DNA of 64,000 nt from Chlorokybus atmophyticus. Lineage: Eukaryota; Plantae; Mesostigma and Chlorokybus algae. Positions 39,408 through 54,687 of the stretch are shown here, in pieces. The first letter of the stretch is position 1. Every line of letters starts with the position of its first letter. Under the pieces are notes generated by a model. It was not told the origin of the DNA. It worked only from the letters and a program-made list of their open reading frames with translations, and did no database searches. The stretch is from the NCBI GenBank assembly GCA_009103225.1, contig RHPI01001616.1, positions 18,778 to 82,777 on the forward strand. The letters are read 5' to 3'. A program made the translations under genes and the position numbers.

Positions 39408-39869
39408 GGTTGCTGTGCCTTGATGCTACTGCTGCTCCTCCTGCTCCTACTCCTACACGACCTGCTGCTTCTGCTCCTGCTCCTGCTCGCTAACCTCCTC
39501 CAGCCCCAGCATCCAGCTTCGCCGCCAGCGCTACGGACCAGTCAAATGGAAAGCGATTTCAACGCTACGGCGGCGACACCACCACCACCGCCGCCGCCAA
39601 CGACGCCAACAACCACGACGACAGCAGCTTGCTGCATGCAGTTGAGACTAACCCTAACCTAACAACCTTGAAAACATAACCGGCCAAACCCCGAAAACAG
39701 TTCTCTGATCTTCCCTCCTTGCAGCTGACAATCCCACCAGCCAACGCGAGTGATCCGCAGCGTATTCGAGGACTGCAAAGCCTCCACAATTTCCCGCAAC
39801 GTCCTCGAAAATTTTGATGGTGCCAAAGTGTGCTGTGCGCTCAGCTGAGCATAGGTAGCTGACGTGGGC
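39408..39869. promoter_or_regulatory. Putative bidirectional promoter (PSMA1/COQ5) with telo-box-like motifs
   Basis: Start codons 463 bp apart on opposite strands; CTAACCCTAACCTAAC at ~39647-39662 and AAACCCCGAAAAC nearby. Confidence 0.55.
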
Positions 39870-41788
<1,919 letters not shown>

Positions 41789-42490
41789 CCGACATTGTGC
41801 TAGTTGCACTGTTACTACATGGGTCTGGTTGCTGTATGATGTGTACATGAGCGTGAGTTTTGTCTTTACTTAAATGTGATTTGGTGAGGTGTCTCTGTGT
41901 GGGATGCTCATGACGATCCCACTGCAAGCGGTACATGCATAAGCTGAACACCGACTGGGTGTCATCAAATTTTGTTGCTCACAATTGCGTAGTTTTGCTA
42001 GCTTTTGATCTGCTATGTGCGCATGGGAGAAAGGCTTCAGCATATCTCGTCCCATCATCCGTCTGTTGGTAGAGAGAAGCAATAAGTGGACCGCCTCTCC
42101 CGCAGATGAGTCATGGTGTTGTGATTGTAAACAAGGAAAACCATTGCAAAAGAGACCATTTTCCACGACTGTTGATCAAGTCTGCAGCTGCACAAATCGG
42201 TGCACAACTCATACCTGTCTCAATAGTTTATGACTTGCGATGCTTGAGCAGACTGCCTGCCTACAGTCTGTCCTTGTGTCTGCGATGCAAACTGTGTTAG
42301 AGAGGCTTTTGCAAAGTTGGGGGATGGCATACTCAAGAGCATATGTAAATAGCAGCATAACTTACCGTAAGCGGCTTACGTGGTTTGTTAGTTGAGTTGT
42401 GCTTCAGCAGTTTGGATGCCAACATCAATCGTCACCCGTACGAGGCTATGCAAAATGCTGTGCCCAGATCAGCGGATAAAGTGTCTCCCC

Positions 42491-45400
42491 TCATGTAGTC
42501 AACTCCACAAGCGAGTCCATACTCATGGCGCCTGCAGGCGCTTCACCAACCACATCCAGCTGGATCGGCTTCGCTTGCAACACAGCACTTGTTGGCTCAT
42601 ACCCAGTCTGCTCATCTGCAATGCCGTTCACGAGTGCATGCAAAGCCTCCTCGACTGCATGTACTAGCATGTCATCTTCCGTGCCAACTTCTACAGCAGG
42701 CTCCAGCAATGAAGCATCTGACTCGTAGGGCACAGTCTGTTGTATGCTAACAAGTTCTGCAGGAAGTGCTAATTGTTGGAGTTGCGGTGCCTGGTCATGG
42801 CCTTCAAGCTCAGTGCCATCTGACTCATTGACAGCAACAGAAGAAGTATGCGCTGGTAGGGCAGCATCAGATGATGGGGATACCTCTTGCTCGGTCTCAG
42901 GCGCTTCGTATAGAGGTTGCAAAGGTGGTAGTGCAGTTGCGTCCTCAGCAACAACAGTGTCGTGCGTGTCATTGACGTGGGCTTGATCGGATAATGACGC
43001 CTCAGGTGCTGTCTCCTGTGCCATAGCCGCCTGCTCGGGTGCACCCACTCGGCGCGCGTCCTCAATCAGCGCGTTAAGCACTTCATCGGCAGCAGCTGCA
43101 TCATCAAGCGATGGCTCCTCATCTCTTGCATCTTCCGGCCTCATGTCCTCAGGTGCTGGCTCAGAGGCTTCTTCTTCAGTTGCAGGTCTGCTTGCATCTC
43201 CAGATGCGCCCTCGTGCTTGGAACCGGTGACTTTCCGAGCCAAGTGTTGTGGCACCTCAGGGAAGGAAGCCTCCGATGGCAGTGTCTCAGCCTCGATGGC
43301 ACTATCAGACTCCACCTCCGGTGCTGGCGTCTCAGTTTCAACCTTGGGTTCTGCGGTTGGTTCAGAATGGGTCTGACCAAGCTGAGACATGGTCTCAGCT
43401 TCAACCACAGGCGCAAGATCGGCTACTGGCTCAGCCATGGCCTCAGAAGCTGGCTGTGATTGGGTTGCAGGCTCAGCCTCAGGGTTTTCGGCCCCATCCT
43501 CAAGGGCTAGTGCGGGCCGGGACTCTACCACAACCTCTTCGGCTGCCACATCAGGCGCGGGCGCAGACAGGCTCTCAAACTCAGGTAGGGTCTCATGCTC
43601 CCGCTTGTTATCATCAGCTTGAGCAATGTCAGCCTTGGGCGTCTGGTATACAGTCTTGCGCGCATCCTTGAGCTCTGCATCCAATTCTGATGGGAACTGA
43701 GTTTCTTGCACAGGCTCCGTCTCAGCGCCCACCTCTGGGTCTGACACTGGATCGCGCTCAGACTCAGGCGGGTCAACAGCAGTTTCAAACGTAGGCCCCG
43801 TCTCCATGCCACCATCCGCATGCATTTCAACCTCAATGTCAAGATCATCCTCGTGCTCACTTTCCGGCTGTGGTTCCGCCTCAGATTGGGACTCAACCTG
43901 GTGCACAACTGTGACCTCTGAATGCGCATCCACCTTGGTCACCTGCTCACCAGCCTCAGCCGCAACGCTGGGCTGATCCTCCAACTCGGGTGTGCCATCG
44001 CCCTCAGGGTTGCGCGTGAGCTCCTCCTCACCCTCCACCTCTGCCTCCACCTCCACCTCTCTCTCTCCCTCGGCCTCAGCCTCTGTTTGGGACTCGCTTG
44101 CAAGCTTGGGTGACGCATCCTCCAGCAGGTTACGCTCGGGTTCCTTTGCACCGGCAGCCTCATCAGGCTCCGCCTCTACCCCAGGTTCAACTTCTGCTTC
44201 TGCTTCTGCCTGTGGATGAAGCTTTGAGTTGCTCAGAGGGTCCGGTGTCATGTCAACCTCAAGGTCAGCGTTAAGCTCCTTCCTTGCCGCGGGCTCCTCA
44301 GTCTCAAGCTCCCCATCGTCGTGCGCATTGGGCTCGGGCTCCTCAGCCTCCGCTGGGAATCCCGGCACAAGTTCTGGCGTGACCTCAGCGTTGGCAAACT
44401 CATCTGCTGGCCGAGTGTGCAAGTCCACCTCCCCCTCCACTTCAACCTGTGCTTCAACCTCTGCATCAAGCTGAACCTCGGGTTCCATCTCAACCGCATG
44501 CTCCGCCTCCACCATTGTCTCCATGTCGACCTCGCCAAGGTGATCCACCTCAGTCTCAGGCTGATGCTTCGGGTCCACCTCAGCCTCCATCTCTGCCTCT
44601 GCCTCGGGCGCAAGATTAAACTCAGGAGTGAATTGGGCTTCAAGGTGCTGTTCCTGCTCAAGCTCTACTTGCCCATCCCTGAGCTCAATTGGAGACTCAA
44701 CCTCAGGCTTGAGCTCAGCCTCAGGCTCAACCTCTGGCTCTTGCTCAAACTCAGGCTCTGGCTCGGACTCCACATCGTCAACAGCCTCAGCCTGGAGATT
44801 GATAACAGCCTCGTGCTCGAGTTGTGGCTTTGCCTCGGCCTCAGTGTCTGCAAACTCCGCATCCGCCATGTCGGGCTCGGGCGTTGTTGCCTCCGCCTGC
44901 TCCTCGGATGCGGGCTCAGCTTGTAGAACAGGGTCATAACCTGCATCAACCTCGGCCTCGGACTCAAGTTCTGTCTCAGGCTCAGGCTCCAGTTCCAAGT
45001 CCGCCAACATGGACTCTGGTTCGGACCCTGCCTCGGTCTCGGGCTCGGGCTCCACCTCAACCTCGGTTGTGACATCGGCCCCGCCCTCGAGTTGTGGCTG
45101 CACCTCGGCCTTAGCATTGAACTCAGCCTCTAAGTCCGCCTCAAACTCAGGCTCAGGCTGTGTTTGTAGCTCAGTCTCAGGCTCAGTCTCAGACTCAGCC
45201 TCATGCTGCTCCTCGAGCTCGGGTTCAAGCTGGGGATCAAGTGCCTCAACCTCAAGGTCGAGTGGTGTTTTTGATGCTGATGGTGACGGTGTCTGCTCCC
45301 TGTCTCGTTCAGAGTGCTCTGGCAGGTCCTCCTCATTGTCTTCTGCGTTCGTGTTTGCAGCCAAGTGAGCTTCAGGTGAGTCCACATCGCCTTCAACAGC

Positions 45401-48400
45401 TTTGGCAGGCAACTCACTCGCTGTCACAGGATGTGTTGGCGACGATGCTTCCAAGCCTGAGGTCAGGTGTTGAGACCTGTCATTCTCATCTTCTTCCTGC
45501 AGCTCGGAGTTAGGTTCCCCTTCCTCGGCCGCATCCGCATCCGCATCCGCATCCGCATCCGCATCCGCATCCGCATCCGCATCCGCATCCGCATCCGCTT
45601 GCGCTTGCGCTTCAGTGGCTAAAATAGAATTGGCTTTCTGTCGAGTGGCCTCTGCTTTGTAGCCCAAGTCTTCACCTTCCTCTTCCTCTTCCGCCCCTTC
45701 TTCTGCTTCACCTTCATCTTCTTCGTCTTCTGCCCATTCTTTTTCACCCTGTTCTCTCTCCGATTCAGCTTGCGCATCCGACTCTGCTATGTGCGGGTCC
45801 GCCAATACCGACATATCCTGCGAAGGGGCAAAGCCCTCGCTTTCCCTTCCATCATTCAAGTCTGTGGCTTCAATGCTCCCTGCAATGTCAGCTTCAAGCT
45901 GACTGTCCCCAAAGTCTTCCCCTTGTCTTTCTGATTTACTTCCAGCTTGTTCTGCGTCACCACCTTGATCTACGGCTTCAACAGGTGCTTCGGCTTCGGC
46001 TTCGGCTTCGGCTTCGGCTTCGGCTTCGGCTTCGGCTTCGGCTTCGGCTTTGGCCTTTGCTTCGGCTTCTATGCTTCCGCTGAGTGAAACTCTGTGTGTG
46101 TCTGTTTCCAGCTGAGCCGTTAAGATAGTGAAAGAGCCACCTTTGCTGCTGCTCGATCTACGCTGCTGCACATGTTGCATGCCGTTATTGGCATCACCAG
46201 CATCCTCATAGTCACGCGCAATATGGCCTGAGCCCTCGACCACATGTTGCGCAACAGCCAACAAGTGCTCGTCATGTTGGGACTGAACTGACAATGAGTT
46301 CCTTGCCTCCACAACCGTGCGCATGTGAACATCCTCCTCTCCCTCCTCCTTCTCCATGTTACGCTCAAAGGGTGTCGGCACTCTGTTGGCAACCTCGCAA
46401 TGCGAGTCAAAGTTAGGGTCTGGTCCTGGTTGAGTCCCGAGCTCCCGCTCTCGAGTGGGTTCGGGACGCTGCTTGCGTCTGGTCCTGGGACTAGGGTCGC
46501 CTGCAATCCTGACCCTGCGGGAGTCCTGGGGAGCATCCGGGACCGCGACGGGGATGGGATCAGAGGGGTGCTCCTGCACGACATGATACAGCCAAGTGTC
46601 AGCCAGCATAAACATAAGTACCTATGTATGTATCAGAGGTGTGCATCAGTACGTAGCACACGTGGACGTATGCGTGCGTGCACGCGCGCATGTGTGTACG
46701 CGTGTGCACACAAGCGCGTGCGTGTGTGCTTGTGCACGGTAATCTGTCCTACGATGCAGTAAGTGGTAATATGGACCCGATTGCGTACATTCTTGGCAGT
46801 AAGGTCGATTCGTGTTGGGGCCTTCAGAACCCTACACACAAAGACATGCGTAAGTACATGTAAATACCCCAGCCACTTTGCAAAACTATGCAACTTTACA
46901 CAACAACAACCCAACATACTTGTTCTCTGTGCCCTTCCCCTCGCGTTCCAGTGTCCTTTTAGCCGCTCTGACTCTCAGCGCATCAGCAGGTCCCAGCTGC
47001 AGCCCTGGCGCGAGACTCTGCTGTCCCAGCAACAGGTCCTGGGACCGGCCGAGGCCCCGCGTGTGGGACCAAAGCTGGGACTGAGAGTGGAGATGGGACT
47101 GTGGTTGGGTGAGGAGGGATGATGTGGTTGGGACTGAAGGCGTGAAGAAAGGGTCGAAAGGAGGTGTTGAGTTGAGGGCGAAAGCCGCCACTATTGCAGT
47201 GTTCTGTGAAGACAACAGGAGTTAACACGTCAGCAACAGCCAGCGGGTGCAACAGTGTGATGTGCGTGCGTGCGCGTGCGTGCATGCGTGTGTGTGTAAG
47301 TGCGCGCTCGCGTGTATCTGCGTGTACATGTCTAAAATGATCATGTATCGTACCTCGTAGATGAAGGCAATATCGTTGCCCATCCGTAGCAGACAGTTCT
47401 CGCCGTCATAAACAAACTCCCGCTGGCGTCCCATCTGTTTCTGCTCACACAGCAACAAGCAGTCAGTCAATTGCGTCACTCATACCACAATATATATGCA
47501 ACTGTTTGTTGGATTCACCCTTACCCTCCAACCCGTGACGGCTTCCACCACTTGCAAGGTGGCCTCCACCGCTGTCAGCAACAACGCCTTGGTCTCTGCT
47601 TTGACACTAGGATCCCTACAAGGCAGTTCGGGTAAATGTAAATGTGCATGCATGCGTGCACCCATGTGCGTACACGCGTACATGCACACGCACACGCACG
47701 CACACTGATGTGCATGCATGCACACGCAGGTGTGGGTAGGTGCGTGCAGGCGCGCGCACATACACACACACACAACTGCATATCAATTAACATCGCACCA
47801 GCTTACATGTCATCTGAGGGTGGAATCGAGCTCGCGTGCAACCGTAGCTTGTCCACCACGGCATCACGCATCCTTACGGCCTTCACCACCTGCATCTCCC
47901 TGTCGACGTCCTTCACAACAGGCCCCACGGGCACTTTACGTCTGCAAACACACATGAGTTGGTTCAATTCCACAGTAATGATAATACTCGAGCACAAAAA
48001 ACAATGTAGTGTGCTTACGTGCGAGTGACAACTTCGGCCTTTTTATCCTCTTCTTGTGTGTGCTTCTCACTGCTCCTCTCTACACTGGTCCTGGACCCAG
48101 CCCTAAAGCTGCCACTCATGTCCCTGGGTGAGCTCTCGCTCAGCGGGTCCCTCTCAGCCTCATGATTCCGGTCCCGAACCCGCTCCTGCTCCAGATCCCT
48201 ACTGACCCTTTTCTCATATTTCTTCATCAGCCTCTCTGCCTTCTCTATCACGGCCTTCGGGTCCTTTACACTTGAGTCTCGAATCCCTCTCATGTCCTTC
48301 AAGTCCTTTGAGTCTTTTATTCTAATCCTTTGCTCCTGCTGATTGTAATGAGCCCTAAGGTCCTCTTTGCTAGGAGGGTCCCGGGTTACTTTTCTAATGT

Positions 48401-48585
48401 CCAGCTGGAGAGTTGGACTCAGGCTGGGTTCGGGATAGGAATGGTCCCGGGCTGAATCGAGGGGAGGGGGAGAGGGTAAGGACCCGATCGGGACCAGCCG
48501 GGTCGGGATGGGAACGGGACTGAGGGACTGTATGAGGGACTCCGCTGCACCTGGTTGGGCCTGAGACAAAACACATGTGGGGACA

Positions 48586-48636
<51 letters not shown>

Positions 48637-51600
48637 ACCTTCTCCTTACCATAATGTTGGCGAAGCTGGACTCGAGGGCAGCCACGGTGCTTTTGAGGAC
48701 CTCCGCCTTGAGGCGCTTTACCTGCTCTGCCACCGCATCACCTCCATACCTGATACATCCAACGTTGTGTCATTACTTTGTTATTGGGTACCATACCATC
48801 AGCACTGTCTATATGTATCTTGCATTGGTGTCATGATGTGTCTGCGTATGGAACTCACCTGCGCTGTGTTGCAAACACATCTGGGCCGCTATGTCCATTG
48901 TCCACGCTGTCGTTGTTGTTGCTTATTGCGGCGGCGGCAGTGGCGTTGGGTATGGCTGGGAGAGCTTTGCTTCTGTCAATAAGACACATGGGTGAAAGCT
49001 GTCAGCATTCAAACGTTGTCATTTGCATCAGAGGATTATTACAAGCAGTTGTGTACTCACTCGGCTGCGGCCTGCTTGGCTCGCTCGCTCTCAGGCAGTA
49101 TGCCGAACCTACAATTCAGGCAGTGTGTCAACATGACGAGTATGTGGCATGCTGACACAACACTTAATCAGTAGATGAGACAGTTGAGTATATGCCTGCG
49201 GTAAAGGAAGAGCTCGCGCTGCCGGCGGCGCTTCTCCTGCCACTCTTTCAGAGCTTTGCTTGCATCCTACACGAGACAAGAAACATTCTCACCATTCGTG
49301 AAAATGTACACACGCACATATATGCACATCTGTGTGTGCGAGGGCGTGCGCGTGCAGGTTGATATGTGTGCACGCACACGCGTGCGCGCACATGCGCACA
49401 CGTCCCAGTATCTACCAACCACAGATGCAGGCACACACATGCAAACATACCGCGTCCAACGATCGACTGTTGTTCACTTACTCTGTTCTCCAGTCGAGTC
49501 TTTATCTCATTCAACATCGCGCGTTGTTTCGCCTCCTACCAAACATAGCAAGCCACTTATCACAGTCCAGAAAAGTTCAAACCACTTGGCCATCATTCTG
49601 ACTTCAGCACGTGAAGCCTCACCTTTTCTTCTGCTGTGGGCTCCCTCGGCTTCACTTTCCTCTGCACAGAAAAACAATGCATCAACTTCCGACTTCAATT
49701 TGCGTCAAGAGCACTGTGCTACACTGTACATGCATACAAGTACAGAAAAATAAGACATCACAGCCAACATCAACCACTTACCCTTTTCTTGCGCTTCTTC
49801 TTGACTGGCAACCGCTCTTCGTCAAAGAAGCCTTGCGGCTGAAAGGCGTATATACAAGAATCACTTATGCGTGCGTGCGTGCGTGCGCGTGAATGTGCGC
49901 ATGCGCCTATGTGCACAAGTGTAGATGTGCGTAGATGTACATGTGCGTTGCTGTGTGCATGCGCGCGCATACATGCGCTTACTTGTGTGTCTGTGTGTGT
50001 CTGAGTGCGTGGCTGCGTATGTTTGCATGTGTGCACATATGTGCATGTGTGCACATATGTGTTTGCATGCACATGCGTTCGTGCTTGCATACGTGTGTGT
50101 TTCTACGTGTGTGTGTGCGTGCGCGCGCGCACGCACTTAGAAGCACACACTGGTGGCGCGTGCGTAATGAGAGTGCTCTGTCCACCATCTCACTGATTGT
50201 CCCTTACCTCAGGTTTTAAAAAGGCTTTGCTTCTGTCAACAACATTCCTGTCGTCGGCCCGCGCAGGAAGCGCCAGCCTATCCGGCTTCACCTCCGGTCG
50301 CCGCAACTGATCAACAAAGCAATGGATGTGCTGCGTTATATTTGTTGTTGTTGTTGTTGTGCCAATGTTTTGCCACACACCTTTGGGAGTGAGATCGCAC
50401 TGTTGCTGTTGTTGTGGTTGTTGGTGCGTGGTGTGGCGTGCGGATGGCTGCGGGCACTCGCGACGCTGCCGTTGTTGCTGCTGCTAGCTGGTGCAACCTG
50501 CGTTGTATATGACATGGGTGTCATAAGAGCAGGATGAATTAGCAACAAGCTTCTTCTCAACAACCACGCCAAGCCAACACCCATACCCGCACCCCTTCTC
50601 ACCCCCCCCCACCCCCCCACCCCACCACACACACACACACACCCCATACCACACAACAACAACAACAACAACAACATTGACCCCGATGAGCATCACCACC
50701 ACCACCACAACAACAACGACAGCGTCAGCCTCACCTTACTCCTACTCCTCTCCTTGACCCCACCCTTCCCCTTCTCCTCCCTCCTCCCCTCCTTCTCCCT
50801 CTCCCTCTCCCTCTCCCTCTCCTCCTTCTCCTTCTCCCCCTCCTCCCCCCAACCCCCGACCGCCGCCGTCGGGGAGCGCGGGGACGAGGGGGCCGAGAGG
50901 GGCGGGGTGGACAGCGCGCGAAGACGGGCCTGGGAGGGGGAGGGAGAGTGAGTGGGAGTGTGTGTGTGTGTGGGTGGGTGGGTGAGTGGGGGAGGGGGGG
51001 GAGGATCGTGTGCTCATGGACGTGTGCTTGCAAGCTATTGTGCGTTTGCGTGCCAATGCACGCGTGCGTGTACATGAGCATGTGTGCGTGCGTGCTCACT
51101 TGTGTGGAAGTGTGTCTGCATGTGAATGTGGGTGTGCGCGCAGTGGTGAACAAGGATTCTGTGCGCATATGCAAATGTGTTGTCTATGCGAGCGGGCTCC
51201 CTCCCTCGCGTATGTGTGTTCTTGTGCACGTGTGCTTATATGCACGTGTGCGTGTACGCATGCGTGTGTGTGCGGGTACCTTGTGTCAATGTGTGCGTGC
51301 GTGTGTGGGTGTCTGTTTGTGCGTGCGTACGTTTATGAAGGAGCACTCTGTGCCCGTGTGTGCATATGTACTGTACAACACACACGCACACACGCGCGCA
51401 TACGCGAGCGAGGGCACCTGTGCATGCACACGATGCTCGTCACAAAGTTACTGATACGTCAACAACCTTTCATGTGTTTCCAGTCGACAACTACTGTAGT
51501 GCTTATCAGCAAGTTCCATTTAAACGTCTCTTCATCAGTTTCGTCACTGATAAATCCCTATCACTAGATTTATTCGCCAATCACCCACCATTGTTCTCAT

Positions 51601-52198
51601 GTCAATCATCCGCTGTCTCGTTCAATTGGCAGCGAAAGTGAAGTTACGTCTTACTGAAAACTTCTTGCTAGACAGTTTCTAGTGCAGCTTAGGTTTTGCA
51701 CAGCGGTTAAGAGGAAACGCAGTTCATGCTGTGAATGTGTGAGTCGCCTTGAGTCATTCTGATTGTGTACTTGTGCAATTCTCCAATTAAGCACCCATCA
51801 CACCACCTCACCTTGATGGCTTCATCATCCTCGTCGGCATATTTGTTAGAATCCACAACAGCCTCGACGTCGCCGCCAAATCCGTCAGCATCATCTCTCT
51901 TGTGTGGATTGTCCGCATCCCCCTCCACCCCCTCCCCTCTACCGCTCGTCTCCGCCGCCTCCTGCTCCTGCTCCTGCTCCCCATCTCCGCCGCCATCATC
52001 CCAGTCATCCTGGGAGTACACCTCCTCCTGCGCCTCATCCTGTCCCTCCTTGTCCTCCTCGTGGCCTGGTCCATCTCCGGCCTGGTCCGACGAGGCGGCT
52101 GCGGCGGCGACAGAGTGGTTTAACTCCTCCACGTCCTCCGCCCAGTCGTCATCTGCGGCGTAGCTCTCCTCCTCCTCGCCGTCGTCGCCGCCATCCAT
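42491..52198 (-). CDS. Very large (~2,300 aa) uncharacterised protein: acidic N-terminus, charged/coiled middle, one short conserved-looking domain, and a ~1,360-aa Glu/Ala/Pro-rich terminal exon
   Basis: About 14 exons chained by hand, junction phases only partly checked: 52198-~51812, ~50920-50715, ~50270-50210, ~49840-49783, ... 48550-48020, 47945-47805, 47620-47520, 47445-47355 (REFVYDGENCLLRMGNDIAFIYE), 47205-46920, and a terminal 4.1-kb open exon ~46575-42491. Confidence 0.72.
45535..45600 (-). repeat. Coding (GCGGAT)n repeat encoding (Ala-Asp)n
   Basis: About 11 GCATCC units inside the terminal exon of the giant protein. Confidence 0.9.
45985..46050 (-). repeat. Coding (GCCGAA)n repeat encoding (Ala-Glu)n
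   Basis: About 10 GGCTTC units; a similar AE run occurs in the SNAPIN tail at ~15866-15915. Confidence 0.9.
48587..48634. repeat. (TG)n intronic microsatellite; similar tracts at 84-122, 1023-1047 and 13780-13822
   Basis: Directly visible perfect dinucleotide runs. Confidence 0.92.
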
Positions 52199-52775
52199 CG
52201 CAGTCGACGTTGATTTGGTAAGGGCGCTAGCTTGGCCTGGCCCGGCCTGGCGCCCTCCGGCCTGGCCTGGCGTGGCCTGGGTATGGTACGATCACGGCCT
52301 GGTCCGGCCTCAGTCTGGCATGGCCCTAACGCTCGCAGCAATAATTTTGAAACAGTGAACTAAAACGCCAAAGTGAATCACAGCAACTGGACGTGATTGA
52401 CGGTGAATCAGGGTCATCGACTGTGATTCATACGGAGGGCTAAGCGCGTATCTCCGCATCACGTGCGCACAACAACTTTGCATTTCAGCTGCCTTTAATA
52501 GCCCGCGTAGATATCAGGCAGCTCTCAGCTACATCAACAACACACCGATATGCATACAAGCAGGGATATCAATACCGATAGCGTTTCTCGCCGCGGCGTA
52601 CAACGTGATTCGTCGCTGTGCCTATCCAATTCAAAAGTGCTGAGCTCAGCTTTGGCGGGCAGGACAGATAAGCTTGAAGCGGCGGCGAGGAGGGCGGCGG
52701 CGGCGGCAGGAAGGTTGTTGTTGTCGCAGGCGGCAAGGGTGACATCCGGGAGGGGTTTTGGGTTGCTCAAGCAAA
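52199..52775. promoter_or_regulatory. Putative bidirectional promoter (giant acidic protein/APX3)
   Basis: Start codons 578 bp apart; GGCCT/CCTGG pentamer run at ~52232-52320 and CCCTAA at ~52324. Confidence 0.5.
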
Positions 52776-54687
52776 ATGGCGGGGCCGGTTGTCGACGCGG
52801 CGTACTTGAAGGTGAGCACCGCGCTGTGCCTGGGGCTGTTGTCGAATTTGCCATGCTTAGTAGGGTTCTGGAGGAAAGTGGCGTGGATTCGGGGTGGCGT
52901 GGTGTGCGGGACTGGTGTGAAGCGGTGATGTCTTGGCGAAATCTGTACTGAGTGTGATTATGGATGAGTGTCGTAGCACGCGTGCAGCCGCTGCTACGAC
53001 AGTTCGCTGTTGACGGTGAAAGCATGTTGGGGCTACCCTATGCATGTGGCACAGACATCGCATAGCACACACCTGGTGTTCAATTGTGATTGGATGAGAT
53101 TCGCGCTCGTTCGGATTTGGACACCAGCTATGTCATGCTGCGGTCAACCTACCATGTGCGTTTTTGCTCTTGTCATCATTGTTACACACTTTGTAAGCCT
53201 TCAGCCGACGTCAGTTTACACTTGCCGCAATTGACCAAAGATTCAGTTATGTACCTTATTGTCTTATCACACAGAGCATAGAAAATGCAAGGCGCGATAT
53301 TCGTGCTCTCATCGTCAACAAGCAATGCGCTCCCATTCTCGTGCGGCTCGCTTGGCATGATGCCGGCACTTTTGATGTCCGATCCAAGACGGGCGGACCC
53401 AATGGCTCCATCCGTAACGAAAAGGTACGCCAAATGCATAGCGACAACATCTGACAGTCATGAAGCGCAAACAATCACTGTTGACAATTACAGCCCTGTT
53501 TTACACCAACATATTGCTTGGTACCTGAGACTCTCGTCTATGCACAAAGCAAACTTTCTGTGTACAAGTGTGTTTTGGCTTAACGCAAGCTTGAAGCAAG
53601 CATGTCTGTTGCAGGAGCTCGCGCACGCAGCAAACCGCGGCTTGCACATAGCTGTGCAGCTGCTGGAGCCGATCAAAGCAAAGTATCCCAACTTGACGTA
53701 CGCGGATCTCTATCAGCTCGGGGGTGTAGTTGCAGTTGAGGCCACTGGCGGTCCCACTGTTGATTACGTGCCAGGCCGTAGAGACTCCAAGGTTGATTGT
53801 TGGTACAAAACACTTATTGACAGGATGCAGTGCATGGAGTGTCGTCTAATTTCAGCTCTCTTTGCGGCTTGTCTTGGCAGGTGTCACCACCAGAGGGTCG
53901 ACTTCCAGATGCGAAGAAGGGTCCAATGCACCTTCGGGATGTGTTTGGAACCATGGGCTTGTCCGATAGGGATATCGTTGCACTTTCGGGTGCCCACACT
54001 TTGGTACGTGTGTGCTGTATGGTCATTTACGTGGCATTGCAGGCACGGTAGCTGACTTGAATTGTGGATCGATAGGGCCGAGCGCACAAGGATCGCTCTG
54101 ATTTTGAAGGCCCTTGGACTCCGGAGCCCTTGAAGTTTGACAACTCTTACTTTAAGTGCGTGGGTGTCATTCTTGTCAGCCGGTTTTTGGTATGATGAAC
54201 AGTGCGTGCAGTGTGTTGACTTGTTTCATGGCTGCATTGTTCAACAGGGAACTTCTGAGAGGCAACCGAGCGGATTTGCTCAAGCTGCCATCGGATCTAT
54301 GCTTGCTGGAAGACCCAATTTTCAGGCCGCTTGTGGAGCTTTATGCTGCGGTACCCTGCCAGTCTGTGCTGATTGCATATGTGTGATACTACCCTTGCTA
54401 ATTGAGGATGTTTAATGAGCTTGTCGTGGCAGGATGAGGAGGCCTTCTTTAGGGATTATGCGGCAGCGCACAAGCGCTTATCAGAATTGGGCTGCACTCT
54501 GCCAAAGAACGTCCACACGACGCCAACCGGCACCTCTATGGACGGCTCTATGCTTTCTCTCAACAATCCCGACACGGTGATCCTCGTCCAGGCCGGCTTT
54601 GGCATTGCCGTCGCTGTTGGCGTGGCCGTCCTCGCGTATACGTATGAGACAAGGCGGCGTTTGAAGAGTCTTGTCAAGAAAGCTTGA
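52776..54687 (+). CDS. APX3: Peroxisomal membrane-bound ascorbate peroxidase
   Basis: [12 protein letters not shown]|[97 protein letters not shown]-terminal TM helix followed by a basic tail (YETRRRLK). Confidence 0.96.
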
